A stretch of DNA of 64,000 nt from an uncultured Desulfovibrionaceae bacterium (lineage in GTDB: Bacteria > Desulfobacterota > Desulfovibrionia > Desulfovibrionales > Desulfovibrionaceae). Numbering within the stretch: the stretch's first letter is position 1; every line of letters begins with the position of its first letter. The stretch spans positions 2,091 to 66,090 of the forward strand of contig CAYJIU010000001.1 of the NCBI GenBank assembly GCA_964370305.1. Reading direction: 5' to 3'. The position numbers and the translations under genes are program-made. Positions 58,097 to 64,000 of this stretch are shown piece after piece. The notes under the pieces are model-generated. The model had not been told where the DNA came from, did no database searches, and saw only the letters and a program-made list of their open reading frames with translations.

Positions 58097-60010
58097 ATGT
58101 CTGATTTAAAAACAAATAGTAATTCTAATATAATAGAATCATTACAACATCCTGCTCAATTGCGTGAGCTAAGCTTAACTGAACTTGAACAACTAGCTAA
58201 GGAAGTACGAGAGCTTATTATTGATGTTGTTTCTAAAAATGGCGGGCACTTAGCTCCATCCTTGGGCGTTGTGGAATTGACTATAGCATTATTGCATTGT
58301 TTGGATATTGAGAGTGATAAGTTTATTTGGGATGTGGGGCATCAAAGCTATGCGTGGAAGATTTTAACTGGCAGGGCTAATAATTTTAATACTTTGCGAA
58401 AACTTGGTGGTATTTCTGGCTTTCCAAGACCAGAGGAAAACCCCTATGATCATTTTGGCGTGGGTCACTCTTCCACATCCATTTCAGCAGCTGCCGGTAT
58501 GGCTAAGGCGCGTGACCTTGCTGGAGAGGATCATCGTATAGTTTCTATTATTGGTGATGGTTCGCTTACCGCTGGTCAAGCCTTGGAAGGTCTTAATTTA
58601 TCAGGTCATAAGGCACGTAAATTTATTGTAATTTTGAACGATAACGAAATGTCAATTTCATCCAATGTAGGTGCTTTATCGCGGTTTTTAAGTCGCACAC
58701 TTTCTAGACGTTGGGTGCGCCAAACTAAGAAGGATGTACTAAAGCTTTTGCGCTCTATCCCTCGTATTGGTGAAGATTTAGCCACATATGCCATGCGCGG
58801 TGAGGGTAGTTTTAAGTCATTCTTTACCCCCGGTATGCTTTTTGAGGCTTTCCGCTTTAACTACATTGGCCCGGTGGATGGGCATGACCTTGTAGCATTG
58901 AAGCGACATTTAGAGATGGCTGCTGCTGTGGAAGATGGGCCTGTGCTTTTGCACGTGCTAACTAGCAAAGGCAAGGGCTACGCGCCAGCTGAAAAAGATC
59001 CAGAAAAGTTTCACGGTGTGGGCCCGTTTGACGTGCAAAGTGGTAGCTTTCCGCAGCAAAATGGCAATATTTCCTTCACAGAGGCTTTTGGGCGTTGTCT
59101 TATCCACTTAGCAGAAAAAGATAAAAGAATAGTGACTATTACTGCCGCCATGCCTCATGGTACTGGCACTCATACCTTTGGTAAGCTTTTTCCCGAGCGT
59201 TTTGTGGATGTGGGTATTTGTGAGCAGCATGCGGTGACTTACGCGGCAGGTTTGGCCATACAAGGTTTTAGGCCGGTGGTGGCCATATATTCCACCTTTT
59301 TGCAAAGGGCTTATGATCAATTGGTGCATGATGTTTGTTTACAAAATTTACCCGTTACATTTTGCCTAGATAGAGCAGGGTTGGTGGGTGAAGATGGTGC
59401 CACACATCACGGTGTTTTTGATATAGCCTATTTGCGCCATGTGCCCAATATACGCCTTTTAGCTCCGCGCGATGAGGCTCTCTTGGCAAAATGCTTATAT
59501 ACCGCCATTAAGGGGGATAGTCCCACGGCTTTACGCTATCCGCGTGGCGCAGGTTTTGGTATTGCTATGCCCACAGCCAATACCTTACTGCCAGAAGGAA
59601 AGGGCGAACTTGTACAAGATGGCGATAATATTCTTATTATTGCCGTGGGCCCTTGTGTGCATTTTGCCTTGGCTGCAACTAAAATGCTTAAAGAAAATCG
59701 CGGCTTAAACGTAGCCATATTTGACCCAATCTGGTTAAAACCATTGCCAAAAGAACAACTCATTGCATTGGCAAATAAATATAAATATATACTGCTGGTG
59801 GAAGAGGGCAGCCTAGCCGGCGGTTTTGCATCAGCCGTGTTGGAATTACTTATGGATGCAAATGCCATAACTAACCAAAAAATAAGAAGATTGGGTATTG
59901 AGGATACTTTTATTGAGCATGGTGCGCAAAAAGAGTTGCGGGCCAAGGTTGGGCTTACCGCTGAGGGGATAGTAGCAGAAGTTGAAGCCTTACTTGCCAA
60001 TGAGGTTTAA
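58097..60010 (+). CDS. dxs: 1-deoxy-D-xylulose-5-phosphate synthase
   Basis: Motifs present are GHSSTSISAAAGMA and IGDGSLTAGQALEGLN. It is 637 aa. Confidence 0.97.
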   Translation: MSDLKTNSNSNIIESLQHPAQLRELSLTELEQLAKEVRELIIDVVSKNGGHLAPSLGVVELTIALLHCLDIESDKFIWDVGHQSYAWKILTGRANNFNTLRKLGGISGFPRPEENPYDHFGVGHSSTSISAAAGMAKARDLAGEDHRIVSIIGDGSLTAGQALEGLNLSGHKARKFIVILNDNEMSISSNVGALSRFLSRTLSRRWVRQTKKDVLKLLRSIPRIGEDLATYAMRGEGSFKSFFTPGMLFEAFRFNYIGPVDGHDLVALKRHLEMAAAVEDGPVLLHVLTSKGKGYAPAEKDPEKFHGVGPFDVQSGSFPQQNGNISFTEAFGRCLIHLAEKDKRIVTITAAMPHGTGTHTFGKLFPERFVDVGICEQHAVTYAAGLAIQGFRPVVAIYSTFLQRAYDQLVHDVCLQNLPVTFCLDRAGLVGEDGATHHGVFDIAYLRHVPNIRLLAPRDEALLAKCLYTAIKGDSPTALRYPRGAGFGIAMPTANTLLPEGKGELVQDGDNILIIAVGPCVHFALAATKMLKENRGLNVAIFDPIWLKPLPKEQLIALANKYKYILLVEEGSLAGGFASAVLELLMDANAITNQKIRRLGIEDTFIEHGAQKELRAKVGLTAEGIVAEVEALLANEV

Positions 60011-60088
60011 GTTAGCCGGCATTGAAAAATATGATAACTGGTTAAAGCAAAAATATTTTGTCGCCACCTAAATGATTTTGTCAGCAGT

Positions 60089-60112
60089 CTGGCATCAAGT
60101 CATTGATGCCAG
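60089..60112. terminator. perfect 10-bp hairpin between convergent dxs and tilS (no U-tract)
   Basis: The hairpin ctggcatcaa-gtca-ttgatgccag abuts the tilS stop codon. It lacks a T-run on either strand, so terminator function is uncertain. Confidence 0.35.
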
Positions 60113-61156
60113 CTAAACTATTACTTGAAAGGTAATAGCTCCTTTTTTAAGCCTTGCTTCAACATTGCCCGGCAATTGAAATGTAGTGTTACCTCGCCCT
60201 TGTACCCATGCGTTATCCAATTCTATCAAAGTATTAGCTCTAGCTTGGCCTTTGGCAAGTGTGCTTATGCTATGCATATATAGGCGTAGGCGGGTGGCTT
60301 TATCAAGACCATTGAGCATGGCAGCAGGTAATGTGATAGCGTTTTCATCAACCTTCACCTGAGCAAATAATTTAAGCACGATATCTTGCCAATGCTCTTG
60401 GTCATAGCTGGCAAATTGCCAAAGTTCTGCGGCTTTTTGTTGAAATGATGGATTTTCAGCATGGATAAGGGGTAGTATATTATGGCGTACTCTGTTGCGT
60501 AAGTACTTAGTATCACAATTGCTTTTATCATCAGCATGGCCAATGCCAGCGGCTTTGACTAAGTTGGTAAGTTGATTTTGTTCTTGCAAGAGTAATGGGC
60601 GTAAAATATTGCGTTTTTTATCTAATGCTTGCATACCTCCAAGGGCTGGCCAGCCACTGCCGCGCATAAGGCGCATGAGTATATCTTCTTGTAAATCTCC
60701 AAGGTGATGACCAAGGCATATCCAATGAGCTTGGCATTTTTTGCGATAATTTTCAAGGTGTATGTAGCGTTCTATACGGGCCATTTCTTCAAGGCCTTTT
60801 TTTTGTTCATGGGCAAGCTTGGGAATATTTGTTTGATGCACAAAATATTCAATACCCCATGCGGCACAAAGGTTAGCAATGGTTTTGGCTTCAAGGGGGC
60901 TTTCTTCGCGAAGCATGTGGTCAATATGGCAAACTGAAAGGGTGTGCCCATAGATAGGGCGTAACCAAAGCCAAAGGCAGAGCAGGGCAAGGGAATCTAC
61001 ACCACCAGAAACAGCCAATAAAAAATGCTGCCCTCTTATGTCAATTTTTAGCTCTTTATCCATAAAATTTCGTACGTTACGAGAGAGAACACGACTGCTT
61101 GTGGGCTGGTCTGTAAAGTTTGGTAAGATTGAAGGAAAATGAAAGGCTAAGGGCAT
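60113..61156 (-). CDS. tilS: tRNA(Ile)-lysidine synthetase
   Basis: It has the PP-loop LLAVSGGVDSLAL. The likely true start is MDKELK at 61063; the tracked ORF extends to 61156. Confidence 0.85.
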   Translation of the reverse strand: MPLAFHFPSILPNFTDQPTSSRVLSRNVRNFMDKELKIDIRGQHFLLAVSGGVDSLALLCLWLWLRPIYGHTLSVCHIDHMLREESPLEAKTIANLCAAWGIEYFVHQTNIPKLAHEQKKGLEEMARIERYIHLENYRKKCQAHWICLGHHLGDLQEDILMRLMRGSGWPALGGMQALDKKRNILRPLLLQEQNQLTNLVKAAGIGHADDKSNCDTKYLRNRVRHNILPLIHAENPSFQQKAAELWQFASYDQEHWQDIVLKLFAQVKVDENAITLPAAMLNGLDKATRLRLYMHSISTLAKGQARANTLIELDNAWVQGRGNTTFQLPGNVEARLKKGAITFQVIV

Positions 61157-61162
61157 AAATAC

Positions 61163-61486
61163 CTAATCTTGGCTTAGCAGGCTATCCACATAGCGCATCA
61201 TATGCTGCTCAAGTTCAGACTGTGCATAGTTTACACAATTACAATGCAGAATATTTTTTGCTCGTACCAATAATTCAAGGCAGATGCAGTCTTCGTCTAC
61301 CTCCAAGGCCATGACGTAGGGGCCGCATTTGGAGGCATGCTCTTGCTGGATATCTGTGTGAAATTTTTCGGGAATGGGTAGCCAATAGACTCCTTCCACT
61401 CCACTTTGTAGATTCATGGAGTTAAGACGCTTGGTAATGTTGTTGGTTTGGTCGATAGTTAGTTCATCAATTACGTAAGAGTGCAT
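61163..61486 (-). CDS. hypothetical protein (107 aa) coupled to hemA
   Basis: The ATG lies 1 nt after the hemA stop, and the upstream part of the ORF overlaps hemA. It contains a CICLE...HCNC Cys/His cluster. I recognise no family. Confidence 0.5.
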   Translation of the reverse strand: MHSYVIDELTIDQTNNITKRLNSMNLQSGVEGVYWLPIPEKFHTDIQQEHASKCGPYVMALEVDEDCICLELLVRAKNILHCNCVNYAQSELEQHMMRYVDSLLSQD

Positions 61487-61487
61487 G

Positions 61488-62810
61488 TTATTTCTTTGTG
61501 TTACGGTTTTGTGTGTCATTATCTAAATCAAAAATACGCCGCACAATATTAATGCGCGGGGCTGTACCTTCCTCAGACATGGTGCCACGTTTTAAAAATG
61601 CAATGGGTGCGTGATTGAGCTTACGTGTTAGGGCTGTGGTCATGGTTTCTAGGGCTTGGCGTGTCTTTTCATCCACGGGCCCAAGGCGTCTTAAAGTGCG
61701 CTGCAATTCATCGGCGGCTAGCATATCGGCCCTTTGGATTATATCAACAATGGTGGGTTGTACATCTAGATGCCTTAACCAATAGCAAAATAAATCCACC
61801 TCTTCGTCAACAATTTGCGTAGCTTTAACTGCTTCCTCTCGGCGTCCGGCCAAGTTTTCTTCCACCACTTCCTTTAGGTCATCAATGTCATATAAATAGA
61901 CGTTATCAAGGCCGTTGACGTCTGGATCAATATCGCGTGGCACGGCAATATCAATAAAAAACATCGGTTTATATTTACGTTTTTGTAAAATGGATTTTAA
62001 ATCCTTAGCTCTAATTATGGGGTCTGGTGAGCCAGTGGATGTAATAATAATGTCCACATCGATAAGCTGATTCACAAGGTCATCAAAAGCAATGGCAGTA
62101 CCATTAAACTGTTTTGCAAGCTCCTTGCCACGCTCCAAGGTGCGGTTGGCCACATAAATATGTTGGATGCCAGCCTGCAAAAGGTGGGTTGCGGCAAGCT
62201 CTGCCATTTCACCTGCGCCAATGAGCATGGCTCTATTTTCTTGCATATTTCCAAAAATGCGCTTGGCAAGTTCCACTGCGGCATAGCTTATAGATACGGC
62301 ACTGGAAGAAACTCCTGTCTCGGTGCGAACACGCTTTGCGACGGAAAAAGCTTTGTGTAATAAACGATTTATGATGGTGCCAGTGGATTTGCTCTTTACA
62401 GCATCGCGATAGGCATCTTTAAGTTGACCTAGAATTTGTGGTTCGCCAACCACCATGGAATCAAGACTTGAGGCCACAGTGAAAAGATGGCGTACTGCAT
62501 GTTTATTTTTGTGTACATAGACATGAGGGCGTAAATCAGTATGAGAAAAACCACATGCTTTGGCCCAAAGGTCTAATAAATCTGTAATGATAGGGGCTTC
62601 GGCATGCGTATCTGCGGAAATGTAGTTTTTAGCGCAAGCCAATATCTCTACTCTATTGCAAGTGGAAAGTATCAGAGCTTCGCCAATATTTCGCCCATGG
62701 GGAATGGCCCAAGACTCAGGTGTACAGTGCGCACTTAGGGCAAAGCGTTCGCGAATTTCCACAGCGGCACTTTTGTGGTTAAGGCCCATTAAATATATAT
62801 CACTATGCAT
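61488..62810 (-). CDS. hemA: glutamyl-tRNA reductase
   Basis: Motifs present are LILSTCNRVEI and LIGAGEMAELA. It is 440 aa. Confidence 0.95.
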   Translation of the reverse strand: MHSDIYLMGLNHKSAAVEIRERFALSAHCTPESWAIPHGRNIGEALILSTCNRVEILACAKNYISADTHAEAPIITDLLDLWAKACGFSHTDLRPHVYVHKNKHAVRHLFTVASSLDSMVVGEPQILGQLKDAYRDAVKSKSTGTIINRLLHKAFSVAKRVRTETGVSSSAVSISYAAVELAKRIFGNMQENRAMLIGAGEMAELAATHLLQAGIQHIYVANRTLERGKELAKQFNGTAIAFDDLVNQLIDVDIIITSTGSPDPIIRAKDLKSILQKRKYKPMFFIDIAVPRDIDPDVNGLDNVYLYDIDDLKEVVEENLAGRREEAVKATQIVDEEVDLFCYWLRHLDVQPTIVDIIQRADMLAADELQRTLRRLGPVDEKTRQALETMTTALTRKLNHAPIAFLKRGTMSEEGTAPRINIVRRIFDLDNDTQNRNTKK

Positions 62811-62811
62811 G

Positions 62812-63642
62812 TTATTGTCTTTTAGTAAAAGCGTGATGCGTATCCATAAAGGAGTTGACTATGAGCATGGAGAAGACACTTAGGCCAAAGAGCCATATGG
62901 CCATGATTGCTGGTTTGCGCCCGCGTCTACCTTGTACGACGCGCATATGGAAAAGCCATGCAAATATAGCCCATATGGCGAGGGAAATAATTTCCTTGGG
63001 GTCACCGCTTAGGGTTTTACCCCACGTGCTGCCAGCCCATAGAAAACCGGATAATATTCCAAGGGTAAAGAGCGGAAAACCAAGCATAACGGAGATGGTA
63101 TTGATTTTATCCAAAATATCAAGGGCCGGAAAATCCTGACGAAAACCCGAAAGAGCTGCTTTAGACTTTAACAATTTTTCCACATAAATAAATATGATGG
63201 CTGCGGCAAAGGCGAGGGCCATCAAAGCAAGACTTAGATATAAACTTCCAATATGTAAAGCATAAAATGGCCCACCCAAGGATGCAGGTAGGGTTACTTG
63301 CACATTTAAAAAACTCCACGACATAAGAAATAACATTAGAGCCAGTGGAGTGATAAATATTAATGGTGTTGTGCTGCGCAATTTCCATTGCCCACCCATA
63401 CCACAAAGAACCATAAACCAAGCTAATATTTGTAAATAAGTTCCACCGCTTAGCCCACCAGGAGTTAAGGAGTGACTGCCGCGCATCATATCAAATGTTT
63501 GCAGGGCAAAGCCACACATGGCAAGAAAGCTTGCTAAGATACGCAAGGGCTGCTTGCGTAACATTAGACCAACGATGCCAATAACTGTGCTACTGGCGTA
63601 TAAAATCATGATAATAGTCATACTTTTTTCAAACGATATCAT
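62812..63642 (-). CDS. CcsA/HemX-like cytochrome c assembly family membrane protein
   Basis: It has about 8 TM segments and a W-rich motif WAGSTWGKTLSGDPKE. It sits directly upstream of hemA, as hemX does in hemAX operons. Confidence 0.7.
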   Translation of the reverse strand: MISFEKSMTIIMILYASSTVIGIVGLMLRKQPLRILASFLAMCGFALQTFDMMRGSHSLTPGGLSGGTYLQILAWFMVLCGMGGQWKLRSTTPLIFITPLALMLFLMSWSFLNVQVTLPASLGGPFYALHIGSLYLSLALMALAFAAAIIFIYVEKLLKSKAALSGFRQDFPALDILDKINTISVMLGFPLFTLGILSGFLWAGSTWGKTLSGDPKEIISLAIWAIFAWLFHMRVVQGRRGRKPAIMAIWLFGLSVFSMLIVNSFMDTHHAFTKRQ

Positions 63643-64000
63643 GTAGTAACTCCGCTATGTTAGCATGTAGGGGCTTAGGCAACATCTCGTATAAAAGCTC
63701 CGCACAGCGTTCTTTATCACCATGCACAAGGGATGTGCGTAGTGGTGAATTGACTAATGCTCGAAATATTTGTCTATTATGCTCTGAATTGTTTCCTAAT
63801 GCAAGCACCAAAGGGCGTAGTCGGCCCAGCAAAATAGTCATGGGTGCATGTGGGCTTAGCCAGTCTTCAAGCTCCTTGCGCAAAACTCTTGACCAAGCTG
63901 GGCTTGCGCCCTCAGTAGAAATGGCGGCCATGAGGGTGTTGTCGGCATATCCGCGGGCTTTAGCAATGGCCGGTACAATAAAGCTGCCTGCAAGTGGTGC
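63629..64000 (-). CDS. precorrin-2 dehydrogenase / sirohydrochlorin ferrochelatase (SirC/CysG N-domain type), C-terminal part
   Basis: The frame stays open to the window edge (APLAGSFIVPAIAKARGYADNTLMAAISTEGASPAWSRVLRKELE). The N-terminus lies outside the window. Confidence 0.7.
   Translation of the reverse strand, partial: APLAGSFIVPAIAKARGYADNTLMAAISTEGASPAWSRVLRKELEDWLSPHAPMTILLGRLRPLVLALGNNSEHNRQIFRALVNSPLRTSLVHGDKERCAELLYEMLPKPLHANIAELLHDIV

Overview
This 64-kb window is chromosomal DNA from a Gram-negative bacterium. Gene content and order look like a moderately AT-rich Desulfovibrionales-type genome: the rseP-dxr-cdsA-uppS-frr-pyrH block, fused ispDF, the Mla operon, a family-II pyrophosphatase, DUF342/FapA and sirC-hemX-like-hemA. 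That taxonomic guess is inference only. I can support about 57 protein genes, one type-A RNase P RNA (rnpB, minus strand, about 22413-22786), several intrinsic terminators and a family of hairpin-rich MITE-like intergenic repeats. By eye I saw no tRNA, rRNA, CRISPR array, transposase or prophage gene. Most of the window is housekeeping: translation, MEP/isoprenoid synthesis (dxr, ispDF, ispG, ispA, dxs, uppS), nucleotide, proline and haem synthesis, and Mla lipid transport. The accessory-looking part is about 32.7-52.3 kb. It holds a ComFB-like protein, an NlpC/P60 lipoprotein, two DHH-family phosphoesterases, a DUF533/TerB-like protein, an unusual MBL-GAF-HD-GYP protein, an ACT-ACT-MBL protein, two paralogous Cache hybrid histidine kinases, a LysR regulator, MTA phosphorylase and an orphan RTX/adhesin-like repeat protein. 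The best candidate for an undescribed system is the visibly AT-rich block at about 40.7-45.4 kb (ACT-ACT-MBL hydrolase-like gene plus Cache hybrid kinase), which lies divergent from the MBL-GAF-HD-GYP gene. A second candidate is the translationally coupled DUF342-CgeB-like-GT9 operon at 15.0-19.2 kb. All family calls come from motifs I recognise in the translations; no database search was run. Coordinates of non-ORF features were counted by hand from the printed sequence and may be off by 1-2 nt.
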